A DNA stretch of 64,000 nt, taken from the NCBI GenBank assembly GCA_045654505.1, contig JAZONM010000018.1, positions 4,581 to 68,580 of the forward strand, read 5' to 3'. Below the pieces are notes generated by a model. The model was not told where the DNA came from. It did no database searches and saw only the letters and a program-made list of their open reading frames with translations. The DNA is from Clostridia bacterium (GTDB taxonomy: Bacteria; Bacillota; Clostridia; Christensenellales; UBA1242). Shown piece by piece: positions 44,241 to 53,778 of the stretch; position 1 is the first letter of the stretch, and every line of letters starts with the position of its first letter. Position numbers and translations under genes: made by a program.

Positions 44241-47200
44241 ATGAAAAAACTTTTCAATTATATTTTTGTGTCTATTCTTGCGGTTTCGTCTATTATAGCT
44301 ATAGGACATTTTACAAAGCCTCAAAAAAGTCAATCCATTAGCGCAGAAATTAAGTACCAAACATTATCATCCGAAGATGTTATTCTTTCTGATAGCTACT
44401 ATGGTTCTGGTCTTGATGACAGACATGAATTGGGTACTGCGTATGAAGAAGAGCTTGTGTCTGAAAGTAGTGTCAATAAGAATCTTCCTTGTTATGCAGT
44501 TGTGGGCTTAAAGCAATCTGCAAAAGATAAAATTAAAGCAAATCCATACATAAAACTTCCTACAATGGTGAAAAGTTCTGATGAAAAACTTGCGGGATAT
44601 ATTGTGGGTGTGTCTTATTATGTTGCTGGTGATAATGTAGAAGATTTTGAAGGTTTTGGTAATCGTGGTGCATTTCAAGTTATTGAGGAAATTGATAGTG
44701 AAAGCAATCCAATTTGCATTTATGACACTGAAATCAATAAAATTATAAAAGGTGTAACTATTCCTAGTATTTATAAATATGTTTCTTATTGTTCTTTTTC
44801 AAACAATACATCTGTGGAGGAAGTGTGTTTTGAAGCGTATGACAAACTGACTTTACTGGGTGCATATGCATTTCAAGGCACAACAAACCTTAAAAATGTA
44901 GTTACTTATTCTGATAAAGTTGTTTACAAATATTCCTCGTTGCCAATAGAAATCGGAACAATTGGATCATATGCGTTTAGTCGTTCTGGTATAGAGTCCA
45001 TTACATTAAAAGATGGCATCAATATTGATATTGGCTCATTTGATTCTTGTACAAATCTTAAAGAAGTTAAATTTGAAGTATCTTCCACTATTACGGTTAA
45101 TGAAGTGGAGGTAGAAGGTACAAATATAACAATAGGCAACAATGCTTTTAGAAATTGTTACAATCTTTCTTCCATTTCTTTACCATATGGACTGACCAGT
45201 CTAGGTGTTGCTTGTTTTGAAAATTGTTATAGACTAAATTTAATTGAAATTCCTGAGACAGTGACCAGTATCGCTTATAATGCATTTAAATTAAATAATC
45301 ATGTTCCTGCCTCAAATGAAGAAGAAAGTATGAATTTGTCACTATACAATTCACGTTCTATTATTTTAAAAGGAAATCATGATAAAGTATCGACCGCATA
45401 TCCTTTCAATAATAATGGTAATCTTAATGCTCCTGATTTTGGTAGTACTACAAACAAAAAATACACAATACTTTTCATAGAATCTACCAATGAATCATAC
45501 CTTAATTTAATAAAAAACACTATTACATCTTTAGATTCTACACTTACAAACAATCTTGTTTTATCTACTAAAAACACTTTAAAACTATTTGTTAAAGACC
45601 CTGTTTCCAATACTAAAATAGAGTATGACGCTACAAATAGTGGTGCATCTGTCGTAAAAACATCTTACTATCCGCAAGAAGAAATTACTTGCTTGCATAC
45701 TCCTGTTACTGAAGGGCTTATGGTTGATGAAACAAAACCAATTGACCTTACAGGGTATGTATTTGATGGTTGGTATATTGATGGCTCATACGAACAAAAA
45801 ATTGAAAATGGTTTTAAGGCAAATTATGGTGTACTTAATCTTGTTGCACTATATAAATTACAAAAATTTGACTTTAATATAATAGACGGTTCAGATACCT
45901 ATACGTTTAATGGCGTATATGGTGATACTTTTAAGAATGTTTTGACCAAAAACAATTTAACACTTGATACACTTAGACTGTGTTATTTGGATTTTACAGG
46001 ATTTTATAAAGATGCATCAAACACAACTTTAATTGATTATACTCAGAAAATAACTTCTGATAATACTATATATCTTGGTCGCAAATCTTTGGGAGAATTG
46101 TTTGATTTTACATACAATAAGTCTACAGATTCATACACAATTTCTTCTTTAAAACAAAACGTCGTTTCTCAAGTTTATATTCCAAAACAATACAATGGTA
46201 AAAATATTACAAAGCTTGATTCAAGTCTATTTATTGGAAACACTTATATCAATAAAGTATTCTTTGCCCTTGATAGTGAAGTGGTAGAAATTGGTACATA
46301 TGCATTCCAAGGTTGTTCCAATTTGACATATTTTGAGATTCCTGCTAAATGTAGTGACAATTTTGTAGAAAAACACATACTTGATAATACCAAAAATCTA
46401 AAAGAAATCGTCATACTTGGCTCTATCGAATGTGGATCACGCGCCAACGCACCGGTTCTTCCAGATTACGATGGTGCGGTAAAGCTTTCAGTAGCATCTG
46501 AAGATAAATACCTTGGATCATATGGGGCAGAATATACCTCAGCATATACAATGTCAGTTCAGATTGTCACTGATCCTATTGGTAATGTTGCAAATGAAAA
46601 CCCTTTACTAAATCCTGAAAATTGTGGTCTAAAACTAATTACTTTATTCCCTGGACATTTCATAACCTTAGAAACTCTTTCTAAGACCGGATACCATTTT
46701 AATGGTTATAATATAATTATTGATGGTGAGGCGGTTTCTGAGACAGTCTACGGCCCAGATGACACCACTATTACTCAAAAAGTTGTGTTGGAAAGCAATG
46801 ACTATACATATTCCTTTCTAAATAATCCTAAGTACATCGCTTATAATGATTCTACATTAGGAAACGTTGTTTATTTACGAGCAGATTATACTTCGAAATT
46901 TAGTGTTGAGAATGTATTGGATGGCAGTAATCAATATTCATTTACGCGTATTACTGGTTGGAATACAGAATATGTGGAAAATTTGAAAGGTGACACAACA
47001 ACAGCAGACCTTCCAAGGTATGTTGTTGATGCCAATGGTTATACTCGTCTAGTTACACAAATAGGAAATAATGCATTTAATGGTTATGGCGATTTTAGTA
47101 AAGGCATGCAAAAAATAATCATTCCTAATAGCATTCTTTATATTGACCAAGAAGCATTTTACGGTGTAAAAACACTTAAAATTGTAGAATTTGAAAAAGA

Positions 47201-49037
47201 GTCAAATCTTGTATCTATTAGTTTTGCTGCTTTTTCCCAATCTGCTATCCAAAACTTTGTGTGTGATTCTACAAAACTTTTGACAATAAGTGAAGCAGTA
47301 TTTTATCAATGTGAAAATTTAGCAACTTTTGAAATCCATAGCCCGCTTACCGAGATTGCGTATACATTATTTATGGATTCAGGTCTAACAACATTTACAT
47401 TACCATCAAGTGTTACCAAAATATGTGATGGTGCTTTTAGAAATACTACAAAACTTTCTCTATTTATCATTCCAGATGATACAAATTTAAATTATATTGG
47501 TGAGAGTGCATTCGAAAATTCGGCAATAAGCAGTATTGCACTGCACAAAACAACAAGTGCTTTGACTATTGGTGGTTTGGCTTTTGGAGATACCGAAAAT
47601 TTGACTAGTATCAATCTTGCTTGTGATGGCATGGCAGGTTTGATTCTATATGATGGTATATTTTCAAGAAGTAATGTAAGCAATGTAACTTTACCTAGTA
47701 ATGTTACGTTTGTAACCAACATACTTTCTACATTTGATGGTGCAAACAATATGTCCATTATTAAAATCGAAGAGGCGAGCACTATAAATATTACTGATCA
47801 TATGGTAGGCGAAACTGGACATGACAATATTGTCTACTCATTGTCTGATGATAATATGATTATTGAGTACATTCCAAGACTATTTAATGGTGACTTGGTA
47901 ATCAATGAAAAGATTTTAAAACTTTCTAATGTAGATGAAATATTTGAGTATTTGCCTAATGTTAAAAATATCATTGCTAAAAACAGTGAAAATTCCGAAT
48001 TTTATGTTGTTGATGATTGTATATATCTATTAGACAAAACTCATTCTACAGCTACACTTGCTTTTGTTTCTAATGTGAAAAATGTTTCTCGTTTTGTTGT
48101 TCCTGCTAGTATTGAGATTGCTAAGGATAAAGAATATGCAGTCGTTAATCTTGAAAAGTATGCACTTAACAGTAATGAGAACATCAAAATACTTTCATTT
48201 GATAAAGGTTTTACTCCAGTAGACATCAATGGAATATGTGCTCTAGACATTATATATTCAAATGTTGTTGTTGTGGAAATAAGCAAAAATATAGAGTATA
48301 TGACTAAAGACAACTTTATCAATTTTAAAAATCTTCGTACTCTTAGAATATTAAATCCTGCTAAAGATAGACAATCGGGCAATTTATTTGCTGTAAAAGA
48401 TACTACAATTGATAAAGTATTTAAAGTTGTGCCTACAATCCTAGTTCCATCAAGTGAACAAGCAATCTATTCTACATTGTCTGGTTGGGAAGATGTAAAT
48501 GTCGCATCAAAACTTACTATCACATTCGTGACAAATGGTGGAGCAGAAATACCATCTATATCTCTTGATTTTGAAGAGACACCAGCAATTTCCAATCCTA
48601 CAAAAACAGGTTATGATTTTACAGGCTGGTACACTGATTCGGCGCTTACCAACCTTTATGAAAACGGGGCATTGCTTTCTGATCTTACACTGTATGCGGG
48701 ATTCAAAGTACACGAATATGCATATACATACATGGTAGACGATAAAGTGTATTATACTCAAAAAGTAGCATATGATACATTGCCTAGCGGGCCAGAAACA
48801 GCTCCTAAGAAAACAGGTAAAGTATTTGATAAATGGGTTACAAAAGATGGTGATGTCTATGACCTTTCTAAAACCAAGGCTACAAGTGATATGGTACTAT
48901 ATGCGTCATTTAAGACAGATACAAAATTTGTTACTAAAATTATAATTATTGCTGCCGCTTCTCTTGTTGTGCTGATTGTAATAATTACAATAATTGTAAA
49001 AGTCGCAAGAAAGAAGCGAGCGAAAAAAGATTATTAA
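44241..49037 (+). CDS. Large surface protein with BspA-type leucine-rich repeats and InlB-B (Flg_new) repeats
   Basis: Signal peptide from ATG 44241; many IGxxAFxxCxxL repeats; PTKTGYDFTGWY-type repeats; C-terminal TM followed by RKKRAKK. Confidence 0.85.
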   Translation: MKKLFNYIFVSILAVSSIIAIGHFTKPQKSQSISAEIKYQTLSSEDVILSDSYYGSGLDDRHELGTAYEEELVSESSVNKNLPCYAVVGLKQSAKDKIKANPYIKLPTMVKSSDEKLAGYIVGVSYYVAGDNVEDFEGFGNRGAFQVIEEIDSESNPICIYDTEINKIIKGVTIPSIYKYVSYCSFSNNTSVEEVCFEAYDKLTLLGAYAFQGTTNLKNVVTYSDKVVYKYSSLPIEIGTIGSYAFSRSGIESITLKDGINIDIGSFDSCTNLKEVKFEVSSTITVNEVEVEGTNITIGNNAFRNCYNLSSISLPYGLTSLGVACFENCYRLNLIEIPETVTSIAYNAFKLNNHVPASNEEESMNLSLYNSRSIILKGNHDKVSTAYPFNNNGNLNAPDFGSTTNKKYTILFIESTNESYLNLIKNTITSLDSTLTNNLVLSTKNTLKLFVKDPVSNTKIEYDATNSGASVVKTSYYPQEEITCLHTPVTEGLMVDETKPIDLTGYVFDGWYIDGSYEQKIENGFKANYGVLNLVALYKLQKFDFNIIDGSDTYTFNGVYGDTFKNVLTKNNLTLDTLRLCYLDFTGFYKDASNTTLIDYTQKITSDNTIYLGRKSLGELFDFTYNKSTDSYTISSLKQNVVSQVYIPKQYNGKNITKLDSSLFIGNTYINKVFFALDSEVVEIGTYAFQGCSNLTYFEIPAKCSDNFVEKHILDNTKNLKEIVILGSIECGSRANAPVLPDYDGAVKLSVASEDKYLGSYGAEYTSAYTMSVQIVTDPIGNVANENPLLNPENCGLKLITLFPGHFITLETLSKTGYHFNGYNIIIDGEAVSETVYGPDDTTITQKVVLESNDYTYSFLNNPKYIAYNDSTLGNVVYLRADYTSKFSVENVLDGSNQYSFTRITGWNTEYVENLKGDTTTADLPRYVVDANGYTRLVTQIGNNAFNGYGDFSKGMQKIIIPNSILYIDQEAFYGVKTLKIVEFEKESNLVSISFAAFSQSAIQNFVCDSTKLLTISEAVFYQCENLATFEIHSPLTEIAYTLFMDSGLTTFTLPSSVTKICDGAFRNTTKLSLFIIPDDTNLNYIGESAFENSAISSIALHKTTSALTIGGLAFGDTENLTSINLACDGMAGLILYDGIFSRSNVSNVTLPSNVTFVTNILSTFDGANNMSIIKIEEASTINITDHMVGETGHDNIVYSLSDDNMIIEYIPRLFNGDLVINEKILKLSNVDEIFEYLPNVKNIIAKNSENSEFYVVDDCIYLLDKTHSTATLAFVSNVKNVSRFVVPASIEIAKDKEYAVVNLEKYALNSNENIKILSFDKGFTPVDINGICALDIIYSNVVVVEISKNIEYMTKDNFINFKNLRTLRILNPAKDRQSGNLFAVKDTTIDKVFKVVPTILVPSSEQAIYSTLSGWEDVNVASKLTITFVTNGGAEIPSISLDFEETPAISNPTKTGYDFTGWYTDSALTNLYENGALLSDLTLYAGFKVHEYAYTYMVDDKVYYTQKVAYDTLPSGPETAPKKTGKVFDKWVTKDGDVYDLSKTKATSDMVLYASFKTDTKFVTKIIIIAAASLVVLIVIITIIVKVARKKRAKKDY

Positions 49038-49120
49038 AATAAAAACACCTCATGTATTTGAGGTGTTTTTTGTGTCAAACAACAACCTGTCTTCATATAT
49101 AGTAATATAGGGGTGCAAAG

Positions 49121-49195
49121 ATGAAAATATATTGTATAAAATGTCCAAGATTTTTAAAACCATTATTAAAACTAATTTTTCGTAAAGAAATATAA
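49121..49195 (+). CDS. spoVM: Stage V sporulation protein M (24 aa; missed by ORF track)
   Basis: MKIYCIKCPRFLKPLLKLIFRKEI with conserved Pro9; RBS GGGGTG; CATATATAGT SigE-like -10 upstream; canonical position convergent with rpmB. Confidence 0.85.
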   Translation: MKIYCIKCPRFLKPLLKLIFRKEI

Positions 49196-49247
49196 ATTAC
49201 ATATACAAAACAAAAAAAAGACCTAAATCAATTAGGTCTTTTTTATA

Positions 49248-49439
49248 TTACTTATTTTCGGTGTTTTTCATTGTCTTTAAGCAACGTGTACAGATATTTA
49301 CTTTAGTAAGTTTTCCATCTATCTCAACAGGTTTCTTTTGCAAGTTGGCACCGAATGTACGTTTTGTAGCGATGTGTGAGTGACTAACTTGATTTCCAGC
49401 CACTTTTGATTTGCCACAGATATAGCATTCTTTAGACAT
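49248..49439 (-). CDS. rpmB: 50S ribosomal protein L28 (Zn-binding type)
   Basis: MSKECYICGK, GNQVSHSH, ICTRCLK. Confidence 0.96.
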   Translation of the reverse strand: MSKECYICGKSKVAGNQVSHSHIATKRTFGANLQKKPVEIDGKLTKVNICTRCLKTMKNTENK

Positions 49440-49657
49440 TTTAAGCACCCCCATAATAATACTTCATAAATTACGCTATACATTATAACAAAGGATTTTG
49501 CGTTTTGCAAGGAAAAATTGCACAAAAGTTTTATAAAATAGGGTATATGTCTAATTAAAAGGATTTTTTATGCTAAAACTCTTGCAAAAAAGCCCAACAT
49601 CATGTAAAATTAGTTAGTGTTAGAAATAACGGTGATTTTAAAAACTTTGGAGGTTTT

Positions 49658-50008
49658 ATGGCAGTTAATACATCAAATGCTTACGGAAAAATAACCATTA
49701 GCAATGATGCTATAGCTCGCGTAACAAGTCATATTGTTAGAGAGTGTTATGGCGTAATTGACTTGGTCGGACAAAATTTCTCCGACAATTTTTCCGAGAT
49801 GAAGCGCAAAAAACCTAAATGTAAAGGTATTAAAATCCTTACCGTAAACAATCGTATCTATATAGATTTATACGTTATTATTAAATATGGTGTATCTATT
49901 GCGACTGTTACTGAAAACTTGAAAAGCGCTGTAAAATATGGCGTAGAGAAGTTTACAGGCATGATTATCGACTGCGTAAATGTCAATGTAGTCGGAGTAA
50001 GAGTGTAG
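49658..50008 (+). CDS. Asp23/Gls24-family protein (YloU)
   Basis: YGKITIS, IDLYVIIKYGVSI, VNVNVVGVR; rpmB-yloU-yloV synteny. Confidence 0.9.
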   Translation: MAVNTSNAYGKITISNDAIARVTSHIVRECYGVIDLVGQNFSDNFSEMKRKKPKCKGIKILTVNNRIYIDLYVIIKYGVSIATVTENLKSAVKYGVEKFTGMIIDCVNVNVVGVRV

Positions 50009-50034
50009 TCGTAAGAGGTTTTTAAGGAGATATT

Positions 50035-51678
50035 ATGCAAAAGTTAATAAATAGCACTATGCTAAGAAAGATGATGAATGCTGGTGCTAAGGTTTTGGAT
50101 GACAACAAAAAATTTGTCGATTCCCTAAATGTATTCCCAGTTCCGGACGGTGATACTGGTACAAATATGAGTCTTACATTTAATAACGCTGTGAAAGAAC
50201 TTAATTCTTGTCTTGAGAGTTCGTTTTCATCAATTGCTGAGAGTTTGTCTAAAGGTGCGCTTCGTGGTGCTCGCGGAAACTCAGGCGTTATTTTGTCACA
50301 AATTATAAAGGGTATTACTTCAGTGCTTGCTACAGCAGATAAGGATATCAATACAAAACTTTTTGCTAAAGCTATCAATGAGGGTAGTAATGTAGCATAC
50401 AAGGCTGTTACCCAACCAAAAGAGGGTACTATCCTTACAGTTATTAGAGTAATGGCAGAGTCGGCTATGCGTAATTGCAAAAAATATAGCGACTTTGAGA
50501 AATTCTTCGAGGCGATACTTTTCGATGGCGAAGCTATTCTTCAACAAACTCCTGAAATGCTTCCAGTGCTTAAAAAAGCAGGCGTTGTTGATGCGGGCGG
50601 ACGTGGACTATTGGTTATCTTCACTGGTATGCAAAAAGCATTGCTAGGCGAGGAAGATTTTGAAATCAATATTGAAGAAATGATCAATACAGTTGAGAAA
50701 GGAAATGACTTCCTTATCAATTTGGACAATCTTGCTGATATCGAATTTGCTTATTGTACAGAATTCATGGTATCACACATGAAAAAGAAAACAACAGTGA
50801 GCGATATTGACAAACTTCGTGAGAGTCTTATGAATATAGGTGACTCTGTAGTTTGTATCGGTGACTTAGAGCTTGTAAAAGTGCACGTACATACAAATGA
50901 GCCAAATTTAGCACTAGGATTTGCTCTAGAACTTGGTGAAATTATAAATATTAAAATCGAAAATATGGTTGAGCAAAACCGCGAATTAAAACGCCAACAC
51001 ACTCAACAAGAGCAAGACCTTAAAGAATTTGGTATGGTTGCTGTTGCTCCTGGTGATGGTATTGCAAGTGTATTTAGTGATATCTTAGTCGATAATATCA
51101 TTGAAGGTGGACAAACTATGAATCCATCTGCTGACGATATTGCTAAAGCTGTAGATAGAGTACCTGCTCGCAATGTATTTGTATTCCCTAATAATAAAAA
51201 TATTATTCTCGCAGCTGAGCAAGCGAAAGGTCTTACAAAGAAATTTATTCATGTAATCGCTACAAAATCTATCCCTGAAGGACTTTCTGCAATGCTAGCA
51301 TTCAATCCTGACGGAACACTTGAAGAAAATATCGAAGCTATGAATAGTGCAAAAGAGGCAGTTACTAGTGGTTCAATTACATATGCTGTACGTACCACCA
51401 ATGTAGATGGTTTTGACCTTGAGAAAGGGGATATAATCGGTCTTGACGAAAAAGCAATAATTGCAAAAGGTAGCCTTGTAAAAGAAACTACACTTCAACT
51501 TATTGATAAGCTTTACAATCCTGACAATGTAAACATTACATTATTCTACGGTAAAGAAATCCCAGAAGAAGAGGCGCAAAAACTTGCATCTGAATTGGAA
51601 GAAAAATATCCAAATTGTGATGTTACACTTCTTTATGGTGGCCAGCCAGTATATTACTACATAATATCTCTTGAATAA
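50035..51678 (+). CDS. fakA: DAK2-domain fatty acid kinase subunit A (YloV)
   Basis: LNVFPVPDGDTGTNM, GARGNSGVILSQ, YCTEF, KVHVHT, GGQTMNPS. Confidence 0.93.
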   Translation: MQKLINSTMLRKMMNAGAKVLDDNKKFVDSLNVFPVPDGDTGTNMSLTFNNAVKELNSCLESSFSSIAESLSKGALRGARGNSGVILSQIIKGITSVLATADKDINTKLFAKAINEGSNVAYKAVTQPKEGTILTVIRVMAESAMRNCKKYSDFEKFFEAILFDGEAILQQTPEMLPVLKKAGVVDAGGRGLLVIFTGMQKALLGEEDFEINIEEMINTVEKGNDFLINLDNLADIEFAYCTEFMVSHMKKKTTVSDIDKLRESLMNIGDSVVCIGDLELVKVHVHTNEPNLALGFALELGEIINIKIENMVEQNRELKRQHTQQEQDLKEFGMVAVAPGDGIASVFSDILVDNIIEGGQTMNPSADDIAKAVDRVPARNVFVFPNNKNIILAAEQAKGLTKKFIHVIATKSIPEGLSAMLAFNPDGTLEENIEAMNSAKEAVTSGSITYAVRTTNVDGFDLEKGDIIGLDEKAIIAKGSLVKETTLQLIDKLYNPDNVNITLFYGKEIPEEEAQKLASELEEKYPNCDVTLLYGGQPVYYYIISLE

Positions 51679-51782
51679 CAAACAAAAACACCTAAATATA
51701 GGTGTTTTTTTGTAGTATTATACTTGATATAATTTGCAATAACTGGAATTATAGTTGCTAAAAATACGGGGTAGGAGACAAA

Positions 51783-51863
51783 AAAAAGAAGTCATACGAC
51801 TTCTTAAAATTCTCTATGGTGCTAAAGACCGGAATCGAACCGGTACGGTGTTGCCACCGCAGG
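51783..51863 (-). repeat. Duplicated tRNA-Leu 3' end plus terminator (att-like remnant)
   Basis: 51817-51863 is identical to 52015-52061; adjacent hairpin AGAAGTC..GACTTCT also duplicated. Confidence 0.85.
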
Positions 51864-52014
51864 GCCGACTCGTAAAGAAAATGTGCCAGTGGTCACATTT
51901 TTAGACAAAGGCGGGAGCACGCCATGTGCGGTCTGGGTACGACAGTACTTAAGTCCGATGGACTTAAAATCAGGTGGCGATAAAAAAGAAGTCGTATAGA
52001 CTTCTCAAATTGTA

Positions 52015-52101
52015 TGGTGCTAAAGACCGGAATCGAACCGGTACGGTGTTGCCACCGCAGGATTTTAAGTCCTGTGCGTCTGCCTGTTCCGCCACTTTAG
52101 C
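52015..52101 (-). tRNA. tRNA-Leu(TAA)
   Basis: GCTAAAG...CAGGA-CTTAAAA-TCCTG, long variable arm, GTTCGA, CCA. Confidence 0.95.
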
Positions 52102-52113
52102 AAAGATAGAAAA

Positions 52114-52188
52114 TGGAGGCACCACCCAGATTCGAACTGGGGCATAAAGGTTTTGCAGACCTTGGCCTTACCGCTTGGCTATGGTGCC
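52114..52188 (-). tRNA. tRNA-Cys(GCA)
   Basis: GGCACCA...AAGGT-CTGCAAA-ACCTT...TCCA. Confidence 0.95.
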
Positions 52189-52223
52189 ATCGTTTGTAAA
52201 GGTAAGTTTGACTTAAAACAAAA

Positions 52224-52298
52224 TGGAGCGGGGCTCGGGATTCGAACCCGCGACATTCGCCTTGGCAAGGCGACGCTCTACCACTGAGCCACCCCCGC
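52224..52298 (-). tRNA. tRNA-Gly(GCC)
   Basis: GCGGGGG...TCGCC-TTGCCAA-GGCGA...TCCA. Confidence 0.95.
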
Positions 52299-52306
52299 AT
52301 AAAAAA

Positions 52307-52382
52307 TGGTGGGAACTATAGGGCTCGAACCTATGACCCCCTGCTTGTAAGGCAGATGCTCTCCCAGCTGAGCTAAGCTCCC
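52307..52382 (-). tRNA. tRNA-Val(TAC)
   Basis: GGGAGCT...TCTGC-CTTACAA-GCAGG...ACCA. Confidence 0.95.
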
Positions 52383-52646
52383 ACGCATTACATTCATATC
52401 GAATGCTCTAATAATATATCAAAGATTCTAAAAAAAATCAACAGTTTTTTCAAAGTTTTTATAAAATATTGAAAAATATATTTTAAAGTAGGAGCGTATT
52501 AAAAAATATTCCTATATTTCGTGGCTTTGCTAATATGTCTTAGTCTAAATATATGAGTATTTATGTTCATTTGTTAATAATTAGAGAATAAAAAAGGATA
52601 CAGAAGATAATGAAGTCTGTATCCTTTTTCTGAAATTTAGGCTAAA

Positions 52647-52772
52647 TTAGTTGCAAGCCTTAGTAGAATTTGATCTTTTAGCGTTTGTAGTAGTACCGCG
52701 TTTTGCTTCAGTACTAGTTTCGCTACATCTACGACCTTGCTTTTTTGTAGACGCTTTCGCCTTAGTTGCCAT
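52647..52772 (-). CDS. 41-aa basic small protein, possibly spore-associated
   Basis: GGAGGTG RBS; MATKAKASTKKQGRRCSETSTEAKRGTTTNAKRSNSTKACN; hairpin terminator downstream (~52595-52630). Confidence 0.65.
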   Translation of the reverse strand: MATKAKASTKKQGRRCSETSTEAKRGTTTNAKRSNSTKACN

Positions 52773-52954
52773 AATTTCACCTCCTATATTCACAAAGCGA
52801 TTGCTTTGTACTTTTATTATTTGTTGATTTAAGAATATAATACGCGTATTCCATCTGGTAAATAATGTTAATTTGTTTGTATTAATTATATATAAATATA
52901 ACAATTTAGTATCATTCTTTTGCAAAACGCCTTAATCTTTGATATAATCATACC

Positions 52955-53761
52955 ATGAGTAAAAAAGCAAAACAATGCAAGGTAGTAATAATTACCGGTG
53001 CGAGTAAAGGTATAGGTAGAGCCACTGCCGAATTTCTCAAAGATAAAGGTTATGTGGTATATGGTATATCTCGTTCAAAACCCGAGAATATCGATTTTAA
53101 TCACTACACATGTGACGTAACAGACTATGATAGGTACAGAGAGATTCTTGACGAGATTAAAAACAAAGAAGGTCACATTGATATCCTTATCAATAATGCA
53201 GGAATGGGTATTTCTGGCTCGATTGAAGGCACAAAACCTGATGATATTTCGCGACTATTTAATATAAATGTAAATGCACTTATCACATTGACTTCTATCA
53301 CACTTCCATATCTTAGGGAAAGCAAAGGTAGAGTGGTGAATATCGGTAGTGTCGCAGGTCCAATCCCAATACCATTTCAAGCTTGTTATTCTGCATCAAA
53401 ATCCGCAATTGAGACATTCTCATTAGCACTCGATATGGAAGTTAGGGATTATGGGGTTCGCGTGACATGTGTGCGTCCTGGAGATACAAAGACTTCGTTT
53501 ACTGATAGTAGAGTTAAATCTGAGATGTCACAGGACAATGTATATGCCGACCGTATCAATCGCTCAGTATCCAAGATGGAAAAGGACGAACAAAACGGTG
53601 TACCACCAGTAAAAGTAAGTAAAGTTATTTACAAAACACTTAAAAGAAAGCACCCGCCACTTGTGGTGACTGTTGGATTTGGATACAAATTTTTATGTGG
53701 TATCGCAAAGATACTGCCAAATTGTTTAAAAAATAAAATTATAAAATTATTATATGGTTAA
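52955..53761 (+). CDS. Short-chain dehydrogenase/reductase
   Basis: TGASKGIG, NNAG, YSASK catalytic motif. Confidence 0.92.
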   Translation: MSKKAKQCKVVIITGASKGIGRATAEFLKDKGYVVYGISRSKPENIDFNHYTCDVTDYDRYREILDEIKNKEGHIDILINNAGMGISGSIEGTKPDDISRLFNINVNALITLTSITLPYLRESKGRVVNIGSVAGPIPIPFQACYSASKSAIETFSLALDMEVRDYGVRVTCVRPGDTKTSFTDSRVKSEMSQDNVYADRINRSVSKMEKDEQNGVPPVKVSKVIYKTLKRKHPPLVVTVGFGYKFLCGIAKILPNCLKNKIIKLLYG

Positions 53762-53778
53762 GAGTAAGGAGAAACAAA

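Noticed and set aside
51817-51863. Second tRNA-Leu gene or intron-split tRNA
   Set aside because: Only the 3' half is present; no 5' acceptor or D-arm beyond the spacer
51817-52061. att site of the virion cassette
   Set aside because: 40 kb of core genes separate them and I saw no copy near the cassette
52097-52300. 67-aa minus-strand ORF
   Set aside because: Overlaps tRNA-Cys and tRNA-Gly
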